Shown one piece after another: positions 52,804 through 62,694 of a stretch of DNA of 64,000 nt. The stretch lies in IMG/VR virus record IMGVR_UViG_3300045988_177309, positions 32,170 through 96,169 of that record, one strand, 5' to 3'. This DNA comes from a virus. Made by a program: the position numbers and the translations under genes. The stretch's first letter is position 1; every line of letters starts with the position of its first letter. A model generated the notes under the pieces. It had not been told where the DNA came from, searched no databases, and saw nothing but the letters and a program-made list of their open reading frames with translations.

Positions 52804-53325
52804 TTACTCCTTTTCAATATTTTCTATAGATATGATATCATATTTTTTGCGTAAAGTCAAATCTATTATTCTTTGATTAGAACTTCCGCGCATAGGAAGA
52901 GTAATATCGCGCAATTCATCTATATAAGGGCCATCTATTAAATAATCTATAGTATGCAATATATACTTTATTTTATAATCAGAGAAGTCCTTTAATTCTT
53001 CATATGTATATCCAGTCCAAACATAAATTTTTATATAAGGCATACGTTTTTTAACTTCTTTAATAACTAAAGTAGTTAAAAAAAGATTTTCTGGGCAAAG
53101 AGGCTCTCCTCCCATGATACAAAAATTATGTTGTATGCCATGCGCCATTAAAGCTTCACATATATCATCTATTACTTTTGGAGTAAATTCTTTGCCACCA
53201 TTAAAGTCCCAAGTCTCAGGATTTTGACAATTCAAACAATGATGAGGACAGCCCTAGGTAAAAAAGCTTACGCTTAAACCTGGAGCCGCAGCCAAATCTT
53301 CTTTTATAATTCCTGCGTATTGCAT
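52804..53325 (-). CDS. nrdG: anaerobic ribonucleotide reductase activating protein (~173 aa; 1 in-frame TAG)
   Basis: ORF 52804..53235 continues upstream through TAG to the ATG at ~53325, giving MQYAGIIKEDLAAAPGLSVSFFT-(TAG)-GCPHHCLNCQNPETWD. FF-Q-GC...C..C.NP is the radical-SAM activase (PflA/NrdG) signature. Confidence 0.8.
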
Positions 53326-53356
53326 TTATACTTTATTTCCTCCACAAGATTACATT

Positions 53357-54304
53357 TCATTCTAAATTACCAGCGTGTTTTACGCGTGCTTCAACTTCAG
53401 CTTGCTTGCCTTTATTAAAGGCTGACTTGTAGTCGCCAGTAAGATAGCCTGTCACACGTCGAAGTTGCTGTATATTATGACTATGGCATTCGGGGCATTC
53501 ATCATTAAATTCATCAGTATATCCACAATCTAAGCAAGTATCATTTGGAACATTAATAGCAAAGTAAGGAATATCTTTATCCATTGCATAATTTACTATT
53601 TGTTCTAATGCATCCAAATTATTTTTTACCGAAGAGTCTAATTCGATATAGGTAATACATCCAGCATTACTATATCCAGTAAGTTGACTTTCAAGATCGA
53701 TTTTATCAAAAACATCAATCTTTTCCCAAACTGGAATGTGTATAGAATTGGTGAAATATTCATGATCACTAACCTTGGGAATAACTCCATATTTTATTTT
53801 AAACTTTTTCATGGCTGTATAACATAAATTTTCAGCAGGAGAAAAATATACACCAAAATTAAGTTTATATTTTTCTTTAAATTCAGCGCAACGAGTTTTA
53901 AAAAGTTGTTCTATACGTTTAGCCAATTCCATTCCCTTTGGATTGGTATGATTGCAACCAATTAATAATTCTAAAGTCTCCGCGAGACCAAGTTGACCTA
54001 TAACGAGCGTACCATGCTTTAATGCACTCCTTATGCCTTCTTCCGGCTTATATCCTGCCATTAGCCCATTTTCATACATAAATTTGGCACTATCAGGACT
54101 TTGTGAACAAATCCATTCAAAACGTTCAAGAAGCATATCTTTTGCTTCATGAATTTTAGTATCCAAAAGAGCCATAAACTCTCCAACATTTCTACCTGCT
54201 TCCATAGCCAAAGTGGGCAATATAATTGTAACAGGGCAAATATTTCCACGGCCATCTTTTTGCTGACCAAGGCCATTGATATCCATGCCATTAGATGTTC
54301 TACA
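53357..54304 (-). CDS. nrdD: anaerobic ribonucleoside-triphosphate reductase, exon 3 (C-terminal part with Zn ribbon and glycyl-radical motif)
   Basis: Contains ...CRTSNGMDINGLGQ...GNICPVTIILP...CLDCGY...CPECHS...RRVTGYLTGDY... The exon start was placed at the Cys codon that completes the conserved MGCR-like junction. Confidence 0.8.
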   Translation of the reverse strand, partial: CRTSNGMDINGLGQQKDGRGNICPVTIILPTLAMEAGRNVGEFMALLDTKIHEAKDMLLERFEWICSQSPDSAKFMYENGLMAGYKPEEGIRSALKHGTLVIGQLGLAETLELLIGCNHTNPKGMELAKRIEQLFKTRCAEFKEKYKLNFGVYFSPAENLCYTAMKKFKIKYGVIPKVSDHEYFTNSIHIPVWEKIDVFDKIDLESQLTGYSNAGCITYIELDSSVKNNLDALEQIVNYAMDKDIPYFAINVPNDTCLDCGYTDEFNDECPECHSHNIQQLRRVTGYLTGDYKSAFNKGKQAEVEARVKHAGNLE

Positions 54305-54817
54305 CGTATAATTCCAATATCCCTATTGGTACTGACTATATCTTCAATTCTTTTTTGAATTGTCTTCCGCTTCGAGCGAGTGCTTATCTCTCACCCTACT
54401 CCCTTACATTCATCAGGGATAGTCGATACAGATTTTTAAATATTATAAATGAAATTCTACTTCTCCATAATCACCAGTACAATATCGAACAATATTCTCT
54501 TCAGGAATTGTATATTCTTTAATTGTGCAATTTTCATTTACGCCAAGCTCTTTAGAAAAATATTTTTCTAAATATTCAAGAGAAATGCAGCCATACAAAG
54601 TATTAGGAGGATTTTTGATAGAGCACTCAGGGTCAAATCTACAAATGCCTTGTAGAGTAAACCAAGGTCCCCCGCCATCTTCTTTTTCATATCTGTAAAC
54701 TTTTATCATAATATTTAAACTTTCCACGGTCTCATCTGTTCTAGACCTAACCGTTAGCAGCATTATCAATGCCACACCTGCGAGCGCAGTTCAAAAGATT
54801 TTAAATGAGCTGAGTTT
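54305..54817 (-). mobile_element. group I intron 2 in nrdD (~513 nt)
   Basis: It separates the exon ending ...TYFSTMG from the exon starting CRTSNG... Its 3' core carries CGACTATCC...GGAGTAGGG, elements shared with intron 1. Confidence 0.6.
54443..54775 (-). CDS. intron-borne ORF of unknown function (110 aa, GTG start)
   Basis: Lies inside nrdD intron 2 and has no recognisable nuclease motif. Confidence 0.3.
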   Translation of the reverse strand: MALIMLLTVRSRTDETVESLNIMIKVYRYEKEDGGGPWFTLQGICRFDPECSIKNPPNTLYGCISLEYLEKYFSKELGVNENCTIKEYTIPEENIVRYCTGDYGEVEFHL

Positions 54818-55078
54818 TCACTTACCCATTGTTGAAAAATATGTCCGTGGATCTAAGCGGTCATATCCTTCATTACCGCTCCAATCTACATTAGCATAAT
54901 TAGGATAAAGTCTTGTTGAAGTAGACTTTAATGCTAATTTAAATAAATCATAATTAGGATCACCAGGTTCACGATTTACTCCTCGCATACATTGGAAAAT
55001 GCCGCAAGGAAAAATTGAAGTTCTATGATGTTTACCAGTACCTTCAATAGATACTTCAAGCATTGCTTTTGTAATCAT
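54818..55078 (-). CDS. nrdD: anaerobic ribonucleoside-triphosphate reductase, exon 2
   Basis: Contains ...GKHHRTSIFPCGIFQCMRGVN...LYPNYAN...TYFSTMG. The true 5' exon boundary is probably slightly inside this ORF. Confidence 0.7.
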   Translation of the reverse strand: MITKAMLEVSIEGTGKHHRTSIFPCGIFQCMRGVNREPGDPNYDLFKLALKSTSTRLYPNYANVDWSGNEGYDRLDPRTYFSTMGK

Positions 55079-56164
55079 ACGCCCTTCTGGAAGAGTGCAA
55101 GTGCCGTAGTTAACGCTCGTAAAAGGTAATTGGTTTCCACTTCGACTTTGTAAAGTATTCCTTTAATATTCAACTGAGTTCGTTAATCTCAGCCCGATAA
55201 AATAAGTCGATGATTTTATCTGCTATATGTCGCCATATAGAATAGACTATATCTTCATCCTCTATCGAGGAGCCTATCATTTCGATTTAAGGGGTTCTCA
55301 CCCACCACTTGGCCCTACTCCTGTAGACGAATTTCACGTCCTATATGGATAGTCGTTAGGCATTTAATAATATGTGTGTTTGTTCTTCTGTTGCGTATTG
55401 GAAATGATATCCACCAGTTGTTTCCAATCTTTGTCCTTTACAAACTTTAGAAATATTTGTAGCATAAAGATTTAGTTGTCTAGCACATTCTTGTATTGAC
55501 TCATAAACAGTATCTAATTCAACACAATATACCGGTTTTTTATCTTTTTTAGCAGCAATAATATGTTGGCGTTTTTCTTCCGAACAAGAGCCTGTTGATT
55601 TTCCTCTTTTTGCTTCAGAAATGTGTTGTTTATGTTCTTCGGTAAATTTTTTTCCTTTTAAAGCTAATCGAATTTTTTCTTTAGTCTCTTCTGAGCATGG
55701 ATGTGCGCCATTGGTATTATTTTTCATATTATTGGAAAGTTTTTGTCTTGCTTCTTCTGACATAATCGTCATTTCTCCGCCAGTTGTTAAATTATATCCA
55801 TTTGGAGACAAAGAATTAAACTTTTTAATGTAATATTGCTCTTTTTCACAAGCCTCATCTTTAGTAAGGTTAGTTTCTAATATCTTGTGTTCAAAGTTAT
55901 CCCAACCATATTTTTGAATAGCTGCATAAAATTTTGGACTCGTTGAATATTTTTGACCATTTAATCCCCAGCGTTCTTCTGGTTTTCTTTTCGTTATTCC
56001 AATATATTGTTTTCCATTTATTTTATTTATATGCTGATAAACTAAATAACATTCTTCCATATAAGCTACCTCCTTTCCTTAAAAAATTCACATATTATAT
56101 TTAGCACGGGATTGTCTACTTGAAATTTTCCCCGTTTAGATAGGTTAGGTTCTTAATATTACTA
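55079..56164 (-). mobile_element. group I intron 1 in nrdD (~1.1 kb) carrying a GIY-YIG homing endonuclease gene
   Basis: Exon 1 runs into the TAA at 56165-56167. The intron contains an ORF with its own ribosome-binding site. Its 3' core carries CGACTATCC...GGAGTAGGG, matching intron 2. Confidence 0.7.
55356..56060 (-). CDS. GIY-YIG homing endonuclease (I-TevI-like), intron-encoded; contains no TAG
   Basis: Starts VYQHINKINGKQYIGITKRKPEERW and contains NGYNLTTGG. Ribosome-binding site AAGGAAAGGAGG. Confidence 0.8.
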   Translation of the reverse strand: MEECYLVYQHINKINGKQYIGITKRKPEERWGLNGQKYSTSPKFYAAIQKYGWDNFEHKILETNLTKDEACEKEQYYIKKFNSLSPNGYNLTTGGEMTIMSEEARQKLSNNMKNNTNGAHPCSEETKEKIRLALKGKKFTEEHKQHISEAKRGKSTGSCSEEKRQHIIAAKKDKKPVYCVELDTVYESIQECARQLNLYATNISKVCKGQRLETTGGYHFQYATEEQTHILLNA

Positions 56165-57136
56165 TTAAGCCGCCCAAATACTTAGGTTATGGTAAAGACC
56201 TTCGACCGCTTGGTGAACTTCACGAACAGTCATATCCATAGCATATTTATAAGCTTTATCAAAATCTCCAGAATCATCTACTTTATTTGGATAAGCTGAA
56301 TAATCATTAATTGGAATATCTATAATTTTTTTATAGATATCACTATCCTCTAAATAATTATCTAAATTCCAATTACAATTACATAAATACTTCATACCAT
56401 CACGATAATGCTTATAAAAAGATTTACGCACATAAGGAACCATAGTCCAATCAAGATGGGTCGCACTTACGCCACCAAATTGCTGAAGACTCTAAAGCTG
56501 AAAAATTACTGCGACAAGTTGCATTGCAGTATTTACAGAACCTGCAGGGCGCACATCTGCTTGCCGAGTTGTAAATCCATTTGCGAGAAGATCATCGAAT
56601 GGAACGCTTAAGCAATTATGGCTACCAACAAAGTATGCATCTAGATCATGAATGTAAATTTCATTATTTAAATGATTATTTTTTGCCATTGAAGATACTA
56701 TATAATCAAGAGCTAGTGTACGTGTTACTAAACTTGCAGCTTCACCAGTACGACCGCCGAAAGAACGTTCATCAACATTGGCATTTTGATTTTGAACATC
56801 ATCGGCTTGAAGCTTTTCTTTAATAGCTTCAATAAACTCATTTTTATATTTTCTTGCGGTTTCTTGCTTATATCTAAAACGTATATAGGCTCTTGCAACA
56901 TCAGGTCGCTCAGAACGCATCAAATATTCTTCGACCCAATCTTGTATATTTTCTACAGAAATATTTTTTTCTTTGGATAACTTTTGAGCCTTTTTTTCTA
57001 TGTCATTTGCAATATCAATAGCAGTATCAAGTTCATAAACCTGGCCATCAACTTCTAAAAAAGCTTTTAAGATAGCTGCAACAATTTTAGTCTTATCAAA
57101 AGGAACTTGAGTGCCATCTCTTTTTATTATATACAT
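56165..57136 (-). CDS. nrdD: anaerobic ribonucleoside-triphosphate reductase, exon 1 (ATP-cone plus N-terminal catalytic region; 1 in-frame TAG)
   Basis: ATG at ~57136 with ribosome-binding site AAGGAG gives MYIIKRDGTQVPFDK (ATP-cone). ORFs 56492..57223 and 56165..56443 are in one frame, joined by the TAG at 56492-56494, reading ...AVIFQL-Q-SLQQFGG... Confidence 0.8.
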
Positions 57137-57219
57137 AAAATTGTATTTCTCCTTTACTTTAATATAAAAGTTTCTACTATATTTAGAGTTTTTTATATAA
57201 TTATAAACAAAATCTGCCC

Positions 57220-57810
57220 TCAATTTTCTTTTGTGCCAAATTCAGAAATTTTTTGTTTCATTATTGAAAGAGCTTTTTTATAGTCTTCAGTAGTATCATT
57301 TTTAAGCACTACACACTGTTCTAAAAATTCATCTTCAAAAGAAGCAAAATCTAATCTATCACTTTGATAACGTCGCACAATTTCATTAACGTCGGGGTCA
57401 ATTTCTCGATTTAGTTGCCGTAACAAACGAATTTTATCAGTGCTAGTTTTAATATAAAAAATCAATAAATCAACATTAGGATGAGAAAGAATTGCACGAA
57501 TTGCATCAGGGTCAAATACTCCAATATTAATATTAGTTACACGTAAACTATCATAACTAGTGCCGTAACACCAATTATTAAAAACAGTTGCTTCAATAAA
57601 TTCATCATTTAAAAGCTTTTCCGCAAATAGTTCAGGTATAATAAAATAATAATTTAATCCATCTACTTCCTTATCCCTCTTGGGTCGAGTGGTTGTTCTT
57701 ATAATTTCATGATAAGAAGGATTATTTTCTATAAATTTATGAAGCAGAAAGTCTTTTCCACTTCCTGCTTCACCACAAAGAGCAACAATTTTATACTTAG
57801 GCAGTTTCAC
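57220..57810 (-). CDS. gmk: guanylate kinase-like nucleoside monophosphate kinase (196 aa)
   Basis: Contains GEAGSGKDF (P-loop) and IRTTTRPKRDKEVDGLNYYFI (guanylate-kinase signature). No TAG. Confidence 0.7.
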   Translation of the reverse strand: MKLPKYKIVALCGEAGSGKDFLLHKFIENNPSYHEIIRTTTRPKRDKEVDGLNYYFIIPELFAEKLLNDEFIEATVFNNWCYGTSYDSLRVTNINIGVFDPDAIRAILSHPNVDLLIFYIKTSTDKIRLLRQLNREIDPDVNEIVRRYQSDRLDFASFEDEFLEQCVVLKNDTTEDYKKALSIMKQKISEFGTKEN

Positions 57811-60800
57811 TACTATACCTCTCGCTTATCAAATTAATTTCTCCTTTATCATTAATTGAATCAATTTTATAAAGAGTATGGCCAGGAGTTGAATTATATT
57901 TTTTAACCAAAAAAATATCATCAATCCTCACTCCAGTAACAACAATCATGCTGCCGCGATTAAACCAACCTTTTTCCTTTACATGTTTACAACCATCAGC
58001 TCCACGTTCGGAAATTTGTTTGTCAAATAACGCAAAAAATTCTTTACGAAATTTTAGTTCAACAACGCCAGAAGTAGTTAACAGTGTAACGGTACTTTTT
58101 GTTTTATTCTTTGCAATACAAGTACCACAAATACGTGATAATTTGAATAAAGGAATTTCACGGCCATTACGCTTAAAAGTCTTATCTACTATTGGAGTGG
58201 TAGGTAATTTTGCAAAATCACTAATTCCATATTTAGTGATGGGTAAATGCGCTAATTCATGTTCATGATAATAGAAACATAAAACTTCCATTTCCCAAGC
58301 AGAAATTGTACCTTGAGCATAATTTTTCCAATCTTCTACAAAAATAATTTTATTAAGGGAATTTAAAACTTCATTCTGGTTTTTAGTAATATAATCTCTA
58401 ACTACATTCATTTCGGATTGATAAAATTTATCCCAGAGTAAAGTATTTATAATAAATTGTCCGCAATATTCAACTGCATTAAAAGAAATAACACCTATAT
58501 CATGCAGCTCATTAATAAAATTAATTGCTCTATCATCTAAAATATAAAATTCAACTTGTTTATTAACAATTCGCAATGTTATTTTTTTACAGACTTTTTT
58601 CAAATATCTTGTAAATTCATAAACTCGGCTTGCTAAAACTATTGAATCGTCTTTTGGAAGTATATCATATTTAATAAGACTGGCCATATTTTGCAAAGTA
58701 ATACGGTTTTTCTTATCACAGGTTTGCCATATGTACCAAGCCATTGCAAACTTCCTATTTTCCATTGAATCAAAAGCACCGCTTTTAATTAATGAAACCA
58801 TCGCGCGACGGCCAATTTTTACCTTTGCAAGAAAATCTTTTATTGAAACGTAGGGGCGATTATTAATTATATCTTGTACTATATCATCACCAACATTTAG
58901 AATACCTTTAAGACCGAAAAGAATTTGATTATTTTCAATGTCTGGCGCAAATCCAAAAGCTGAACGATTAATGTCTGCAAGACTTACTTTAATTCCCGCA
59001 CTTTGGATATCACCAATTGCGCGGGCTATTTTCCCATAATCGGTGGCAGCTCTGCGACGCTTTTTCTTACCACTGCGGTCAGGCAAATCTTCATATTCAT
59101 ATTCTGAAAAATCTTCAGGCTCATATATATTTACAATTTCTTCTTCTTCTGGAAGTTGTTCCAAGCTGCCACTATTAACTATTAAACATGCAGTATCCCA
59201 ATAAATAGGGTTAAAATTAATAGCGAGATAAATCATTTGTATACCAACAAATGAATAGGGGAGCGAATGATTCAGTGAGAACGCATAACCTAGGGACGGC
59301 GCCACCACGACCTCCCACACGTATTCGGCAACCCTAACATCATCAAATCGTGAAAAGAGTTGCTCTTTAAGTGCGGGGATTTTATCCATTTGTTTTTTGG
59401 CGACAACCTTCCTAGCAGCATTAGACTCAGCCAATGAAAATCCAGCAACGTCCATCAAAATTTCCATCATTTGTTCCTGCAAGGCGCAGCAACCATAATA
59501 TCTATCACAATGTTTGTGGAGTTTTTGAATTATATCTTCAGGAAGATTGTGTTGTCGCATTTCATCATCAAAAGCTTTAATGCCAGCTTTTTGAATACGA
59601 CAATATCTATCTTGCTGACTTTCCTGGCCCTTTTCACTCATTAACCTCATTAATGCGTTTGCGGCAGTCATCTCAATAGGATCTTGAGGTTTAAGCTTTT
59701 TCGCAACTGCCAAACCCACTCCGGTGGAAAACTGAAATACATCAAGCACATCTCCTGCACTCAGATGATCCCAGATGCGCTGATCTTTTGTATTAAGCAC
59801 TTCTGGATGTAAATATTGGTTATAAAAATCTCTTAATCCCATTTGTGGAATTTCATTATACTTACTCAGAAGATTGTAGCACTGGATAATTTTATCACAG
59901 GCTTCAGTTACAAGGAAGTCATACTTGACATCACCGGCGCTTTCAGCCCGATGGAGATCATAACATGTAATCAATTCGCCACTAGGCGCGCGCATTACAC
60001 TTGCAGTTTCAAAAATATGATTTTTATCATAAAGAATAACGCCAGAAGCATGAATGGTTCTTTTATTTACTACACCTTCTATATTAAGCATAATATCTAA
60101 AAGACCTGGGTATTGTTCTACCTCATGAATAAAAGGCTTTACCGGAGCTCTATCCTCTTCAGGATTGCCATAAATAACATCTTTTAGGGGCCATAAAAAT
60201 CCTCGATGTTGAGGTATAAGCGAACTCATATACTGAGCTGTGTCAACATCAATGCCTTCAGGAAAATCTTCAGTACGATAACCACGGCATGCGGTCAGAA
60301 TTGCAGACTTCGTGCCCTCTGTACCGAAGGCTGCAACTTGAACCAAACCGTATTCTCCACGCTCCTTACGAATCGCTTCGAAGATAGCCGGTCGGCGCGA
60401 GGGGGCTAGATCTATATCGATGTCTGGAAGTTCAACGCGCTCGAGGTTCAGGAACCGCCAATACTATAAACCCCATCTTACGGGTTCAAGTTGAGTAATA
60501 CCCAATAAATAATTCGACAAAAAGCCCGTAGCGCTACCTCGGCCAGGGCCAACAATTGATCCACATTCCCAAAATAAATCAATATAATGCTTAAAAGTGT
60601 TAAAATATGCAAAAAGACAATCATGCAATTTATTTCCAATAGTCAAAATTACGTTGGCCTCTGTTTCAAGCCTTTCATAATAAATCTTATCAGTTAATTT
60701 TTTTTCATGCATCGCCATAACGCACTCATTTACCCAAGCTCTTTCTTGCAGGTTTTCACTCATAAAGAGCTGATGCAAAATAGGATATTCTTCACATTGA

Positions 60801-61760
60801 TTTTTTTGAGGATAAAATACAACCTCTACTTTTGGAATGCTTTGAGTTTTTTCTAATGAGTAATCTTGAATTTTATCTTTAATTTTTAAAGTATTTTGAA
60901 AAATCCAATTAATTATTTCATCATTATTAAATGATTTATTTAATAACTCTCGACATTCTTTTTCATCCATTAAATAGGTAAATTCATAAAATAAATCAAC
61001 TTCTCTATCGCCATCTTTTGAATTAAGATAAGCTTTATGAATAGGACGATCTGTGCGAGTCAAGTAATGTGAGTCTGTGGCCACAACCATAGGAATATGA
61101 TAATTTTGTGCAATTTTAAACAATTTTTGATTTACTGTTATTTGATCTTGTTGAGTAGAAGGAGCGCATTCAATATAAAAATCATCACCAAAAATATCTT
61201 TGCAATATTGAATAAAAGTACATATATCTTGATAAGCAAGAGTTGCAGTTTCTATATCATCTTTTTTTTGGGCATTTACCATTGCCAAAGCTTTAGTTGA
61301 TAATTCACCACCAATACAAGCTGTAGTTGCAATTATATGGCCTTTATACTTTTGCATAATGTTTTTAAGTTCACTTTTTAATAAAGGAACTCTATCCATA
61401 TTGCGATCATTATACATGCCATACCAAGCTGCTGAACTAAGTTCATGTAAACCTTGATGTCCATATAAATCTTTTGCAATTAGTATAAAATGATAGTATT
61501 TTTGTCCAGACTTTCTTTCATCAACTAAATATATCTCATTTCCCAATGCAATTTTAAAATTAGGATATTTTTCATGGATTTTTTTTGCATATTGATTTAC
61601 TTCCATATGAGCACTTAAACATTCATGATCTGTAATTGCTATTCCCTCAAGACCCAATTCAATTGCTTTATCAATAAGTTTCTTTGGGTCATTTATACAG
61701 TCAAAGCAAGCGAATATTAGAGTACCAAGTATGATTATGACAATTAAAATATGAACTCAC
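57797..61760 (-). CDS. dnaE: DNA polymerase III alpha subunit (~1300 aa); needs a +1 frameshift at CTT TGA C (~61700-61706) and reads one in-frame TAG (60464-60466)
   Basis: GTG at ~61760 with ribosome-binding site AAAGGAGGG gives MSSYFNCHNHTWYSNIRLL in frame X. This ends at CTT TGA, and the +1 frame continues DCINDPKKLIDKAIELGLEGIAITDHE... (PHP domain). TAG joins ...EPVRWGL-Q-YWRFLNLERVELPDIDIDL..., the conserved DnaE motif. Downstream are the HhH and OB regions. Confidence 0.75.
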
Positions 61761-61792
61761 TATTCTCCCTCCTTTCATTTCTTTCTATATAT

Positions 61793-61821
61793 ATTATACT
61801 ATATAACATTTTATATATCAA
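61793..61821 (-). promoter_or_regulatory. sigma-70-type promoter for dnaE: TTGATA, 17-nt spacer, TATAAT
   Basis: The minus-strand sequence is TTGATAtataaaatgttatatagTATAAT, ~30 nt upstream of the dnaE ribosome-binding site. Confidence 0.55.
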
Positions 61822-61829
61822 CATATATA

Positions 61830-62633
61830 TTATCTCTAATAATATTGTTCTTCATTTTCAGGAGTTAACAAAAACCTTGTTGTTTCAAGTTTTAAATCAT
61901 TTAAATTATATTCTATATTATAAGGAATTCGAATCAAAGGAATATGATGTTCAAAACAATATTTATTTTTTAATAAATCATTTTGATGAGTTTTTTCAAA
62001 GCGCTCTTTAGTATGCCATCCAATATCATTATAAGAAAAATGCTATAAACCATCATATTCAATTAAATATAATAAAATATCTGTATTATAAACAGCAATA
62101 TCAAACATTAATTCATCACAAGTTCGACCAGTAGATGTTAAACCTTTAAACTTTTGCTATGTTACATATTTAATTCCTAAATCTTCTAACATTTTTTGAA
62201 TACGAACTTCATGATAACTTGTTAAACATCCACAACTTTTAGTGTCGCCATTTCTTAAATAGTCTCCACGAACAATAACATTTTTTTTACCACAATTTAA
62301 ACAAGTGCAATTCCAATAAACGCTTTGGGTATCTTTTCGAGGTTTCTCCTCTTCAGTAGCCATACGATTTACAAGCAAAAAACCGTAAGTTTTTTCTTCT
62401 TCGTGTTTAATGCTTGCCTAACGTATTTTTTCCATACGAATACATCCACAGTTAGTAGAATGACCGCTTCTTAAATGGCTCCCATCTACAACTTTTATTG
62501 TTCCACAAGCTGTACATTTGCATTTCCAGCGAGCTCTTCCATAAGAATTATTTTCTGCTCGTTCTAATACATGCCAATAGCCAAAATCTTTATTTGTTAA
62601 ATCTATTAATCGGCTCATCTTTTTTACCTCCAA
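61830..62633 (-). CDS. free-standing homing-endonuclease-like protein: tandem Zn-ribbon motifs plus a C-terminal Vsr/DUF559-like nuclease domain (~267 aa; 3 in-frame TAG)
   Basis: ORFs 62418..62633 and 62157..62378 and the downstream stretch are in one frame, joined by TAG. It has two copies of YW.C.C..CG...........G.T.SCGC, then ...CDELMFDIAVY...ILLYLIEYDGLQHF. Confidence 0.5.
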
Positions 62634-62694
62634 GTTTATTCTCCTATTTATTATAAACTTTGTGAGAAGTAACTTATATGCTTATGTCTAGAAA

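Noticed and set aside
54287-54442. An alternative reading in which ORF 54443..54775 is an nrdD exon.
   Set aside because: NrdD homology resumes exactly at CRTSNG (~54304), about 25 aa before the conserved ICPVTIILP block, as in intron-less NrdD. The 110-aa ORF has no NrdD similarity, so it is intronic.
61720-61760. An 'HNH' tripeptide in the short GTG-initiated frame upstream of dnaE, which might have suggested an HNH endonuclease fragment.
   Set aside because: The context, CHNHTWYS followed after the frameshift by LLDCINDP...AITDH, matches the PHP-domain HxH...YS..D motif of DnaE. It is not an HNH nuclease.
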